The notes under the pieces: model-generated | What the model was told of the DNA's origin: nothing | Databases searched by the model: none | Seen by the model: the letters and a program-made list of their open reading frames with translations, nothing else | Part shown: positions 36,506 to 45,980 of the stretch, piece by piece | How positions within the stretch are numbered: the first letter of the stretch is position 1 | Layout: every line of letters begins with the position of its first letter | Made by a program: the position numbers and the translations under genes | Assembly (NCBI GenBank): GCA_038153405.1 | Contig: JAYOYH010000037.1 | Span: forward strand, 1 to 47,757 | DNA length: 47,757 nt | From: Gemmatimonadota bacterium | Lineage (GTDB): Bacteria > Latescibacterota > UBA2968 > UBA8231 | Reading direction: 5' to 3'

Positions 36506-38860
36506 CTAGCCACGCCAAAAATGTTCCAGTGAGCGTCCGATCTCTTCGCCGTTGCGCACGGTGTGCACGCTGTTCCAGAAAGGGGGAAAGAGACGGCGGT
36601 AGCGCTGCTGATCAAAGCGGCGGTCGAGCAGTAAGACGACGCCGCGGTCGGCGTCGGTGCGAATGACGCGACCAGCTGCCTGCAGCACGCGGTTCATGCC
36701 GGGAAAGGTATAGGCGTAGTCGAAGCCGGGCAGGTCGGCGCCTTCAAAGTAATGGCGGATAAGGTCGCGCTCTAGGCAGATTTGCGGCAGGCCGACGCCG
36801 ACGATTACGGCGCCTACAAGCCGGTCGCCGACCAGATCGATTCCCTCGCCGAAAATGCCGCCCATCACGGCAAAGCCAACGGTCGTCTGCGCATTATCCT
36901 CGGCAAATACGGCGAGAAATTCCTCGCGCTCGCGTTCGGACATGGACGTTTCCTGTACGAGCACGTCGATATCTGGATGACCTTCGGCAAAGCGTTCGGC
37001 CACTTCTTGCATGTAGCGGTGGGAGGGAAAAAAGGCCAGATAGTTGCCCGTGCGGTGGCTGGCGGTTGCGGCGATTGATTCGGCCACTGCGCCGTAGCTC
37101 TCTTCGCGTTTTTTATAGGTCGTCTCTATTTGGTCAGCCAGCAGCAGGCGCAGGTTTTCGCGTGGAAAGGGCGAATCGAGACTGATGAGCGGATCGTCCG
37201 CATCGCCGCCCAAGAGTTGGCGAAAATAGTCTAGCGGCGTGAGCGTAGCAGAAAAAAAGATAGCCGACGTTCCGCGCTTGAGTGCATCGCGTATATTTTT
37301 CGACGGATCGATATTGTAGAGCCGCAGATACACCTCCTTATGCTCTTTTTCAGCATAGGTGGTGTAGCGCTCGTCGTAGCGCTCGGCGATGCGCATAAAG
37401 GCCAGCGCGCGAAAATAGACTTCAATGAGCTCGTCAAAGTAGGGCAATGCGGCACTGCGCGACAGCATGCGCTCCGTCTCGCGCAGAAACTTCTCCAGTT
37501 TGGGCAGAATTTCTTTGGGCAGCTTGGGGTCTATCCAAGCGCTGCCATCGCCCTCTTTTTCGACTTTTTTGCCGACGCCCAGCAGATATTTGTTGATGTC
37601 GCTGAGCAGCTTGCCTAGCGATGGCAGGTCTTTGGCTACGAGGCGACGCAGGCCGAGTATTTCGCTCTTGTAGAGGTCGGCAGAAAACATCTCGCGGGCG
37701 CGGTCGACTAAATTGTGCGCTTCATCGATGAGAAAGGCATAGTGCCCACCTTCCTCTTCGAAAAAGCGCTTGAGATGGGCGCGCGGATCAAAGACATAGT
37801 TGTAGTCGCAAATGATGACATCGGACCACAGGGACAGATCGAGAGAAAACTCAAAGGGACAGACTTGGTGTTTTTGCGCGTATTCCTCAATGCGCGACCG
37901 CGTGAAGGCATCGTGCTGGAAAGCGTCTTCTAGCGCGTCGTTGATGCGGTCAAAATAGCCAATGGCAAAGGGACACTGGTCGGGGTCGCACGAGCTGCCG
38001 CCGTTGGGTTTAAAGCAGATCTTGTCGCGCGCCGTTAGCGTGAGACTCTTGAGCTGCACGCCGCCGGCCCGCATATCGTCGACCGCTTTTTCGGCGACAG
38101 TGCGGCCGATGGTTTTGGCCGTCAAGTAAAAGAGTTTTTCGGCGTGGCCAAGGCCGAGGGCCTTCACGGCGGGAAAGAGCGTAGAAATGGTCTTGCCTAT
38201 GCCAGTGGGTGCTTGGGCAAAAACGCGGTGGCCGTTTTCGATGGCCCGATAGGTGGCCACGGCCAGTGCGCGCTGGCCGGTTCGATAGTCGCTAAAGGGA
38301 AATTGCAGCGCAGCAATGGTCGCATCGCGTTCGCCGCACCAACTGTGGTAAATGCGCGCCCAGTGCATATAGCGGCTGATCAGGTCTTCGAAAAAGGCCA
38401 GCAGCTCATCGCGCGCAAAGGTGCGGCGATCCTCGTGGCGCTCCATACTTTCGAGCTGCACGTAGGTTAGCTGCACGTCGACGCGCTCTAATTCGTGTTG
38501 AATAGCCAGCATGCTGGCGTAGACCTTGGCTTGAGCCCAGTGCACGGGCACGTCGTCCATATCGGGGTCGAGCGCGCCTTCGGTCGTTTTGATTTCCTCG
38601 ACGAGCACGGTGTCGTCCTCGACGAGCAGGCCGTCGACGCGGCCGTTGATTTCCAGCTCGAGACCCTCGACTTCAACGCGGTAAGATAGGGGTACTTCGG
38701 CCTGGTAGTGCTCCGGGCGAGCCCGCTGTACGCGCTGGTGTCCGCGCGTGCCCTCGACGAGGCGGTCGGGGTTGCCGAAGCCGCCGGAAGCGAGGTCGCC
38801 GGAGCGCAGCACAAAGCCGACTAGGGCGCGGACAGAGGTTTTTAGCAGACGGGTGCTCAT
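36506..38860 (-). CDS. XPD/DinG (Rad3)-family Fe-S DNA helicase with an N-terminal PD-(D/E)XK nuclease domain
   Basis: N-terminal GRVDG...EEIKT...AQAKVYA. Helicase motifs APTGIGKT, IDEAHNL, FSATL, GEGID and QAAGRVIR. Four Fe-S Cys candidates (ICF, C...CPF, CPF). Confidence 0.88.
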   Translation of the reverse strand: MSTRLLKTSVRALVGFVLRSGDLASGGFGNPDRLVEGTRGHQRVQRARPEHYQAEVPLSYRVEVEGLELEINGRVDGLLVEDDTVLVEEIKTTEGALDPDMDDVPVHWAQAKVYASMLAIQHELERVDVQLTYVQLESMERHEDRRTFARDELLAFFEDLISRYMHWARIYHSWCGERDATIAALQFPFSDYRTGQRALAVATYRAIENGHRVFAQAPTGIGKTISTLFPAVKALGLGHAEKLFYLTAKTIGRTVAEKAVDDMRAGGVQLKSLTLTARDKICFKPNGGSSCDPDQCPFAIGYFDRINDALEDAFQHDAFTRSRIEEYAQKHQVCPFEFSLDLSLWSDVIICDYNYVFDPRAHLKRFFEEEGGHYAFLIDEAHNLVDRAREMFSADLYKSEILGLRRLVAKDLPSLGKLLSDINKYLLGVGKKVEKEGDGSAWIDPKLPKEILPKLEKFLRETERMLSRSAALPYFDELIEVYFRALAFMRIAERYDERYTTYAEKEHKEVYLRLYNIDPSKNIRDALKRGTSAIFFSATLTPLDYFRQLLGGDADDPLISLDSPFPRENLRLLLADQIETTYKKREESYGAVAESIAATASHRTGNYLAFFPSHRYMQEVAERFAEGHPDIDVLVQETSMSEREREEFLAVFAEDNAQTTVGFAVMGGIFGEGIDLVGDRLVGAVIVGVGLPQICLERDLIRHYFEGADLPGFDYAYTFPGMNRVLQAAGRVIRTDADRGVVLLLDRRFDQQRYRRLFPPFWNSVHTVRNGEEIGRSLEHFWRG

Positions 38861-38989
38861 GGTGGATTTATCTAAAGATAGGGGCTATTTTAGGCGGCGC
38901 TACTGGAGTAGCCGATGTGCGTGCCCCCCTTGCGGGGCGCTCAGTATGCGTTCAGTGGGTGAGAAATCCGCATTGGAAATGGGAGAGCG

Positions 38990-39874
38990 ATGATGAGCGA
39001 AGAAGTCGAAGTGAAGCTGGGGGTTATTGGCGGTTCGGGTCTGTACCAGATGGAAGGAGCCGAGGTAGTGGCCGAACACGTCCTCAGCACGCCCTTTGGC
39101 GCGACGTCGGACGCGGTAATTGAGACGCGTATCGACGGCCGCACGGCCTTTTTTCTACCGCGCCACGGCCGCGGCCATCGGTTGCTGCCCTCGGAGGTGC
39201 CGGCGCGCGCCAATATCTGCGCGCTAAAGATGCTCGGCGTTACGCACGTGATGGCGGTCAGCGCCTGCGGGATTATGCGCGAGGACATTGCGCCGGGCGA
39301 TATGGTCGTGCCCGACCAAATCTTTGATCGGACGCGCGGTCAGCGCCCTTCGACGTTTTTCGGCGAAGGCATCGTCGGCCACTTGTCCTTTGCCGATCCC
39401 TTTTGCGAGGAACTCCGCGCAACGCTGCTACAGTCGGCTGCGGCCGAAGGCGCTACAGTGCACGCCGGTGGCACGTACATATGTATGGAGGGGCCGCTCT
39501 TTTCCACGCGCGCCGAGTCAAATTTCTACCGAAAAACGGTCGATGCGGCGGTGATTGGCATGACGGCGTTGCCCGAGGCCAAGCTGGCGCGCGAGGCCGA
39601 ATTGTGCTACGCCATGTTGGCGATGGGCACCGATTACGACTGCTGGCACGAAGAGGAAGAGGACGTGACGATCGAGCAGGTCCTAGCCGTTATGCACGCT
39701 AACGCCGCGACAGCCAACCATATCGTGCGGCGCGTGGCCGGCGCGCTGCCGGCCACGTCGTCGTGTGCGTGCTTGAGCGCTGCGCAGTATGCCATTGTCA
39801 CCGAGCGCGAAAAAATTCCGCGCGAAACGGTGGAAAAACTGCGCCCGATCTATGGTCGCTACTTAGAGCAATAA
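38990..39874 (+). CDS. mtnP: S-methyl-5'-thioadenosine phosphorylase
   Basis: GVIGGSG, TPFG, PRHG, ANICAL, EGPLFSTRAES, IGMTALPEAKLAREA and TDYDCW. Confidence 0.92.
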   Translation: MMSEEVEVKLGVIGGSGLYQMEGAEVVAEHVLSTPFGATSDAVIETRIDGRTAFFLPRHGRGHRLLPSEVPARANICALKMLGVTHVMAVSACGIMREDIAPGDMVVPDQIFDRTRGQRPSTFFGEGIVGHLSFADPFCEELRATLLQSAAAEGATVHAGGTYICMEGPLFSTRAESNFYRKTVDAAVIGMTALPEAKLAREAELCYAMLAMGTDYDCWHEEEEDVTIEQVLAVMHANAATANHIVRRVAGALPATSSCACLSAAQYAIVTEREKIPRETVEKLRPIYGRYLEQ

Positions 39875-39916
39875 GCGCGGGCCGTAGCGATCCATTCGGA
39901 CTGCGCCCGTCCGCCG

Positions 39917-41191
39917 CTATTTCCTGCGTTTGCCCTTGCCCTTTTCCACGCATCGCACCGTGCCACCGTCCTGCACGGCGTCGTAGATGGTGGCAAATTC
40001 TTTGCTGCCGTCGTCTTCGACGGGTAGGCACTGCGAACCGGCTTCGCACACTGGCATGGCGTCGCGCGGGTATGCGCTGTGCAACACCTGCTTTGAGCAG
40101 CCGTAGTAGGTCACTTCGCCGTTGGCGCGCGCGTAGCGATATACGTGGCGCGGCGGATCGACCCAGGTGTAGTCGACCTGGTGCTTCTCAATCGCCTTCT
40201 CGTCGATTTCCAAGCCGAGCCCCGGTCGCTCGGGCACGCGATAGTAGCCGCCGCGCAGCTCGATCGGCTCTTTGATAAGCTGCTTCTTCCAGATATTCAT
40301 ACAGGTGATGGCTGGCCACTTGGCCTGCGGGCAGACGGCGCCCAGATGGGCTGCCCATGTCGTAGTAACGCCCGTGCCGACTAGCTGTAGCCAAAACGGC
40401 TTGTTGGCCGCGTCGGAAATGGCCGACTGTTGCATGATAGTGCGCGCTCCAGCGCATACGACAAAGCCGTCGGCCACGTCGTGGTGCAGCGTAGTCATAA
40501 TGGGCGGGCTGCCGAAGTGCATGGCGACGGGGCGGTCAATGCGGTTGCGGATCTGCGCGTTGCCGGCCACATCGCTCTGCGGAATGGGCGTCTCGATCAT
40601 GGCTACCTGTTCGTACTGCTCCAGCGTAGATAGAAATTCGACGGCGCTGGCGGCGTTGCCGAGAGTGCTGTTGAAGTCGAGGTCGAGTTTGAACTGCGCT
40701 GGAACGACTTTGATAATAGAGCGAATGGCGTCGTGTAGATCGTACCAGGTACGCGCTTTGAGCTTGGCGGTCATATAGCCGGCCTTTACGGCGTCGGCAC
40801 ATTGGCGGGCCCAGTCTTTCGAAGGCATGTCCATCGCCCACCAAGACAGCGGACACCAGTCGCGCACCTTGGTGCCGAGCAGGTGATAGGCCGGGGTGCC
40901 GAGCTTTTTGCCGACGGCGTCAAAGAGCGCCATTTGCACGCCGGCGCCTAAGCCATCGTCCCACAGAAGGTCGGCCGCGGTCTTGCCGACGATGCGCTCT
41001 TCGATATCGCTCGGCACCTTCGACCAGGTGTAGTTGGGAATGGTCTCGCCCCAGCCCACGGTGCCGTCGTCCATTTCCAGTTTGCAGAGCTGAACGATGC
41101 GCCAGTGCGGTAGCCAGTATTGCATATGCGCGTTGGTATGAGCGGTAAACGGCACGTCGAGATGGATGAGCTGGACCGATTTGATTCGCAT
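39917..41191 (-). CDS. Enolase superfamily enzyme; paralogue of 24304-25542
   Basis: GWGET, MALFDAVGK, AKLKAR, LDLDFN, IETP, AMHFG and PERPGLGLEID. Confidence 0.85.
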   Translation of the reverse strand: MRIKSVQLIHLDVPFTAHTNAHMQYWLPHWRIVQLCKLEMDDGTVGWGETIPNYTWSKVPSDIEERIVGKTAADLLWDDGLGAGVQMALFDAVGKKLGTPAYHLLGTKVRDWCPLSWWAMDMPSKDWARQCADAVKAGYMTAKLKARTWYDLHDAIRSIIKVVPAQFKLDLDFNSTLGNAASAVEFLSTLEQYEQVAMIETPIPQSDVAGNAQIRNRIDRPVAMHFGSPPIMTTLHHDVADGFVVCAGARTIMQQSAISDAANKPFWLQLVGTGVTTTWAAHLGAVCPQAKWPAITCMNIWKKQLIKEPIELRGGYYRVPERPGLGLEIDEKAIEKHQVDYTWVDPPRHVYRYARANGEVTYYGCSKQVLHSAYPRDAMPVCEAGSQCLPVEDDGSKEFATIYDAVQDGGTVRCVEKGKGKRRK

Positions 41192-41389
41192 ACTAGCCTC
41201 TTAGTTAGGGGATAGGGTGGGCGAACTAGATAGAGGAGTCGAGGAGATATGTCAAGCAAATAGAGTATATGTGACAACGTACCACCGCCACCTGGCTAGT
41301 GCGAAGCGGTGGGGTCGCCGTGCGGCTCCGGTATGTGCGGAGATTGGGTATCCTGCCCGCTCAGTCGATTTCTTAGTACATTCAACGGC

Positions 41390-43510
41390 ATGGAACTACG
41401 CGAATTGGCCGAGCGCATTCTCCTAGGGAATCGCTGGGAAGATAAATTGGTCGAATTTGACTCCTGCGAAGACGCCGTACCGGGTAGCGCATTGACCGTT
41501 CCCGACAGACCCGGGCGTCCGCCAGGTTTGGGGTTAGACGAGTGGCACGGACGCGAGAAAATGCGCTTTCGCGACGTGGGCAAATTTCACTCAGAAAGGG
41601 AGCGCGGCCTCGTGCTGCACTTCTTTGCCAACCACGAACTGCTCGCGCTGGAACTGATGGCGCTGGTACTGCTCAAGTTTCCAAACGCGCCGCAGAAGTT
41701 TCGCCGCGGTGTGGTGCAGACGCTCCGCGATGAACAAGAACACGTGCGCATGTATCAGCGGCGCATGGCCGAGATCGGCGTCGAGTTCGGGCAAATTCCG
41801 GTGAGTGACTACTTCTGGAAGGCCATCGCACCGATGCGGAGTCCGCGCGATTTCGTCATGGGTCTGAGCATGACGCTGGAGCAGGCTAATCTCGACTATG
41901 CCGTGCACTATGCGAGCGTGTATGAGCAATTGGGAGACGACGCGACGGCGGCCATTCTCAAGCAGATCTACCGCGATGAGATAAGCCACGTCAAGCACGG
42001 TCTGCGCTGGTTTGAGCGTTGGCGTAGTCCCGAACAGACGCAGTGGCAGGCCTACAGAGAGATGTTGCCCGAACCGCTGAGTCCGGTGCGCGCTAAGGGG
42101 ATCGGATTTAACCGCGAGGGGCGGCTCAGAGCAGGGCTGCACGCCGAATACGTAGACGAACTGGAGATTTTCTCGCGCTCGCGCGGACGCTGTCCCAATG
42201 TGTTCTGGTTTAACCCGAACTGCGAGGGCGAGGTGGCCTCGGGACGTGCCGGTGATCAGGCCGCAAAGCCGGTGCGCCAGCTGGCCGAAGATCTGCGGGC
42301 ATTGCCAATGCTCTACTGCGCCCAGGACGACGTCGTATTGGTCGAGCGGCGTCCGAACGTGGGTTTTCTTCGCCGCCTGCGCGCGTTGGGCTTTACTGTG
42401 CCGGAGTTCGTCGAATACGGCGATGGTGGTGCGGGTGTAAAGGCACTGCGCGCGCGCAAATTACACGGCCTGCGGCCGTGGGGCTGGAGTCCACAGAGCG
42501 CGGCGTTTCTCGAGCCGCTGGTCGACCAGTTGGCCCCCGGTGAAGCGCTGCGCTGGCGATCGGATTGGCAGGTGATCTACTCCAAGGCGTGGAGCGCGGA
42601 GCAGCTGCGCGCCTTTTTGCTCGAATCGGATGATGAGTGGCTCTGCGATGGGGATGTAGTGGGTCGCGTTTGCCAGAGAGTGGACCAAGTGGAAGCGTTG
42701 CTGGCTGAATGGTCGCCATGGGATGAAGTCGTGATCAAGGCGGCGATCGAATCTTCGGGTCGCGGACAGATCCATGCGCGCGGCGGCCGGCTGCGTCCAG
42801 AGCAGCGTGGCTGGCTAGAACACGTGCTGGCGCGCCACGGTGCGGCAGTAGTCGAGCCGTGGCTGGACAAGGTGCTGGATCTGTCGCTGCACTTCGACGT
42901 CGACGCGTATGGTCAGGTGCAGGTGGCTGGCTGGACGCGCTTTTTTACCGATGCGCGCGGCCAGTATCGCGGCACGCTCGTCGGACAGATGGTGTCCGGT
43001 CTGGATGAGGAGACCAAGAAATTTCTCTATGGAGACGGTCGCGACCCACGTCGTCTGCAGCGACTGGGCGAACAGTTGGGTGCGCACATCGGCCGCGCGC
43101 TGGCAGAGGTGGGTTACGTCGGTCCGGTCGGCGTCGACGCGCTGGTCTATCGCCGCGGTTCGGATTTGCTTCTCAAGCCCATTGTCGAAGTCAATCCGCG
43201 CACCAGCATGGGCCGCGTCGCTCTGGCGTTGCGCCAGCGGGTCAATTCCGCGCGCACGGCGCTGTGGCTGGTGGTTGCGCAGCGCGAGGCGCAGGCGGCC
43301 GGCTGCGATACGCTGGCGCAGTGGGCCGAGGCTTTTGCCGAGAATTGGCCAGCGCACTTGGCCGACGATGGGGCTCAGCTCAGCGAAGGAGCGCTATTCA
43401 TCACGGATCCGACCAGCGCGCGCGCGTGCGCCGGTTTGCTGCTGGTCGAGCAGACGCTCGACGCGTGTCGCCAGCGGGCGCGGCAGATGGGTTTGGTCAT
43501 CGGCCTCTGA
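41390..43510 (+). CDS. DUF455-like ferritin-fold di-iron domain fused to an ATP-grasp domain
   Basis: N-terminal HFFANHELLALE...DEQEH...LEQANLD...DEISH. C-terminal PWGWS, VIK....SGRG, VEPW, GPVGVD and VEVNPR. Confidence 0.75.
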   Translation: MELRELAERILLGNRWEDKLVEFDSCEDAVPGSALTVPDRPGRPPGLGLDEWHGREKMRFRDVGKFHSERERGLVLHFFANHELLALELMALVLLKFPNAPQKFRRGVVQTLRDEQEHVRMYQRRMAEIGVEFGQIPVSDYFWKAIAPMRSPRDFVMGLSMTLEQANLDYAVHYASVYEQLGDDATAAILKQIYRDEISHVKHGLRWFERWRSPEQTQWQAYREMLPEPLSPVRAKGIGFNREGRLRAGLHAEYVDELEIFSRSRGRCPNVFWFNPNCEGEVASGRAGDQAAKPVRQLAEDLRALPMLYCAQDDVVLVERRPNVGFLRRLRALGFTVPEFVEYGDGGAGVKALRARKLHGLRPWGWSPQSAAFLEPLVDQLAPGEALRWRSDWQVIYSKAWSAEQLRAFLLESDDEWLCDGDVVGRVCQRVDQVEALLAEWSPWDEVVIKAAIESSGRGQIHARGGRLRPEQRGWLEHVLARHGAAVVEPWLDKVLDLSLHFDVDAYGQVQVAGWTRFFTDARGQYRGTLVGQMVSGLDEETKKFLYGDGRDPRRLQRLGEQLGAHIGRALAEVGYVGPVGVDALVYRRGSDLLLKPIVEVNPRTSMGRVALALRQRVNSARTALWLVVAQREAQAAGCDTLAQWAEAFAENWPAHLADDGAQLSEGALFITDPTSARACAGLLLVEQTLDACRQRARQMGLVIGL

Positions 43511-43521
43511 GGGGCCGAGGT

Positions 43522-44652
43522 TTAATCGTGTTGGTGCCCATCCGGCGAATGCGCTTGATGGATAAAATCTTCCCACCACCTCGTTTGCGGTATGCTATCC
43601 CCATACACCGTCGTTTGCCCAACAATTGGCGTGGCCGCGCGCAGGCCGGCCGCATCGGCCGCTGCGCGCAAGCGCTGCATGGGCTCGTACCAGGGGTGCA
43701 GTGCCAGACTCAGCGTGCCCCAGTGAATGGGGTGTAGCACATCGCCGCCCAGGTCTAAGTGGGCCTGTACGCTCTCCTCGGGAAACATGTGGATATGGCG
43801 CCAGCGCTCGTTGTAGGCGCCGCATTCGATAAAAGTCATGTGGAAGGGGCCGTAGCGCCTGCCAATTTCTCCAAAACCGTCAAAATAGCCCGAGTCGCCG
43901 CTGATATACACCCGGTGATTGGGACCGGCTACGACCCACGAAGTCCACAGCGTCTTGTTTCGATCGGTCAGACCGCGACCGGAAAAATGCTGCGCTGGCG
44001 TCGATACGATGGTCAAGTCTCCGTTTATGGGTAGCTCTTGCCACCAGTCTAGTTCGCGAATTTTGGTCCGTGGAATACCCCAGTCGGCCAGGCGTGCGCC
44101 AACGCCTAGCGCAACAATAAAGAGCGGCGTCTTTTCATTGAGTTTCTCGATAGAGGACTTGTTGAGGTGATCGTAGTGATCGTGTGAAATGAGCACGGCA
44201 TCTACGTGCGGCAGGTGTTCTATCTCGAGCGGCACATCGCCATTGTAGCGCGAAGGACCCAAGATCGACACGCGCTTTGCGAAGACTGGATCGGAGAGGA
44301 GGCGGAAGCCGTCGACGTTGAGCATGAGCGAAGAGTGGCCTAACCACGTCACATTGAGCTGGTTGTTTTCTTCGCGCAGAAATGCGCTCAGGTCGACCGT
44401 TTGTCTCGGCAGGGCATTTTCAGGCGTGCGCTCTTGGCCGCCAAAGAGAACGTCGGGAAGGAGTTTCAGCCCTTGCCATGCGGAGAGCGACTGCCACTCG
44501 ACCGCATTGCGGAATGTGCCGTCGCTGTACTGCGGCGACTGGGCCCAGCGCGCGCGCTGCGCCGGGTTGCCGTGCTTCATCCACGCAGAGCATGCGGTGT
44601 AGAAGACGATAACGGCGAGTCCGAAAAAGAAGAAAATGGTTCTCTTGCTCAT
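43522..44652 (-). CDS. MBL-fold metallohydrolase (NAPE-PLD/RomA-like) with an N-terminal membrane anchor
   Basis: TWLGHSS, SDPVF, ISHDHYDHL, PAQHFSGRG, SGDSGY and PIHWGT. Confidence 0.88.
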   Translation of the reverse strand: MSKRTIFFFFGLAVIVFYTACSAWMKHGNPAQRARWAQSPQYSDGTFRNAVEWQSLSAWQGLKLLPDVLFGGQERTPENALPRQTVDLSAFLREENNQLNVTWLGHSSLMLNVDGFRLLSDPVFAKRVSILGPSRYNGDVPLEIEHLPHVDAVLISHDHYDHLNKSSIEKLNEKTPLFIVALGVGARLADWGIPRTKIRELDWWQELPINGDLTIVSTPAQHFSGRGLTDRNKTLWTSWVVAGPNHRVYISGDSGYFDGFGEIGRRYGPFHMTFIECGAYNERWRHIHMFPEESVQAHLDLGGDVLHPIHWGTLSLALHPWYEPMQRLRAAADAAGLRAATPIVGQTTVYGDSIPQTRWWEDFIHQAHSPDGHQHD

Positions 44653-45077
44653 GGACTAAACACCCGGTTGGTAAATAGTGCATCGAGTTCGGGGGGAAAG
44701 CCGGGGCGCCCGTCGCGGTTAAGGCAGGTACCTGTAAAGCGGCCCTGTAGGACGAGGGCGTCGCCTCCGCGGCGTATTTCCTGCACAAAGAGAAAGCGCA
44801 CTCGCCCCTGGCGCTCGACGCGCAGGTGAATGGTGAAATCGTCGCCGCTGCGCAGGGGTAGCTTGTAGTCGATTTCACAGCGGGTGAGCACGAGGTCGTG
44901 GCCCTGCTCGTGCAGATTGGCAAAGTCGAATCCGCAGGCCCGCAAAAACTGATGGCGAGCGTGTTCGAGGTAGTTTTGGTATACGGCGTTATTGACGATG
45001 CCCTGCAGATCGCATTCGTAATCGCGAACGCTCAGGTCTAATGTGAAGGGAAAATCTGTCGACACGTGGATCTCCAT
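44649..45077 (-). CDS. Acyl-CoA thioesterase (4HBT/YbgC hotdog family)
   Basis: VRDYECDLQGIVNNAVYQNYLEHAR and IDYKLPLRSGD. Confidence 0.88.
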   Translation of the reverse strand: MEIHVSTDFPFTLDLSVRDYECDLQGIVNNAVYQNYLEHARHQFLRACGFDFANLHEQGHDLVLTRCEIDYKLPLRSGDDFTIHLRVERQGRVRFLFVQEIRRGGDALVLQGRFTGTCLNRDGRPGFPPELDALFTNRVFSP

Positions 45078-45980
45078 TTAGAGCTGAGTATGGGTCGCTA
45101 CGTAGAGCACGGCTAGTGCAAAGAGGACCGAGGGCGCGAGGAGACGCGCCGCCTGCCACCGCGCAGAGCGCGGAGCTCGTTCGCTGCGCGGCACGAACAA
45201 GAGGGCCAAGGCTAGGGGGGGAAATGGTAGGTAAACCAGCACCTTGGGCATGTAGCTGGTGTATAAGAATAGGTGTGTAAACAGGCCGAGCACTATAGCT
45301 ATAGAAGCCGCTTTGCTCACCCCGAGCAAAACGGCCAGCGTGCGCTTGCCGGCGCGTTGGTCCGCGGCCGCATCGGGCAGGGTAAAAGCGATCGCCGCGG
45401 CAACATGCAGGTAGATGTAGGCGGAGATAAGGGCGATGAGCGACAGGGGATCGCCACCGGTGGAAAAGGTGGGCAGGTGCCCCGTTTGCCCATAAAAACC
45501 GGCGAGAGGCAAGACACATCCGACCCCGATAGCCTGCAGTAGTTCACCGCCGCCGCGGTAGTTGAGGCGAAGCGGTGGCAGACTGTAGGCCCATAGCAAT
45601 AGGAGGCCGACGATAAAGAGCGCGGGGATTAAGGGCCGCTGGTAGAAATGGGCGATCAGCAAGCCGAGTGCGACGATGGCCACTCCCGCAGCGCGTCCGG
45701 CCCGCTGCAGTGCTTCGGGGCGCAGGCGCCGTTCGACGAGGACGCGCGAACCGCCGGAAAAAGCCGTCGGCGCATCGTTGAGCGCGTCCGCCCGCTGGTC
45801 GGCCCAGTCGTTGAGAAAGACGATGTAGAGCTGCATACACAGGCCGTATAGGGATAGCAACAAACAAAGCGCGGGAAAGAGCGTCGCATCGCTTGCGTAG
45901 GCCAGGGCCTGACCAAAGGCCAGCGGCAGTTGTATGTTGACGGCAGATGCTGGCCGCGCCGCTTGTAACCAAGCGCGCAT
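45078..45980 (-). CDS. UbiA-superfamily prenyltransferase, MenA-like
   Basis: WLQAARP, NDWADQRAD, FSGGSR, YSLPPLRLNYRGGGE and PDAAADQRAGKRTLAVLLG. ATG overlaps the upstream TGA. Confidence 0.8.
   Translation of the reverse strand: MRAWLQAARPASAVNIQLPLAFGQALAYASDATLFPALCLLLSLYGLCMQLYIVFLNDWADQRADALNDAPTAFSGGSRVLVERRLRPEALQRAGRAAGVAIVALGLLIAHFYQRPLIPALFIVGLLLLWAYSLPPLRLNYRGGGELLQAIGVGCVLPLAGFYGQTGHLPTFSTGGDPLSLIALISAYIYLHVAAAIAFTLPDAAADQRAGKRTLAVLLGVSKAASIAIVLGLFTHLFLYTSYMPKVLVYLPFPPLALALLFVPRSERAPRSARWQAARLLAPSVLFALAVLYVATHTQL

Noticed and set aside
36506..38860. CRISPR-associated Cas4/CasDinG system
   Set aside because: No repeat-spacer array or other cas genes are present, and the neighbours are housekeeping genes.
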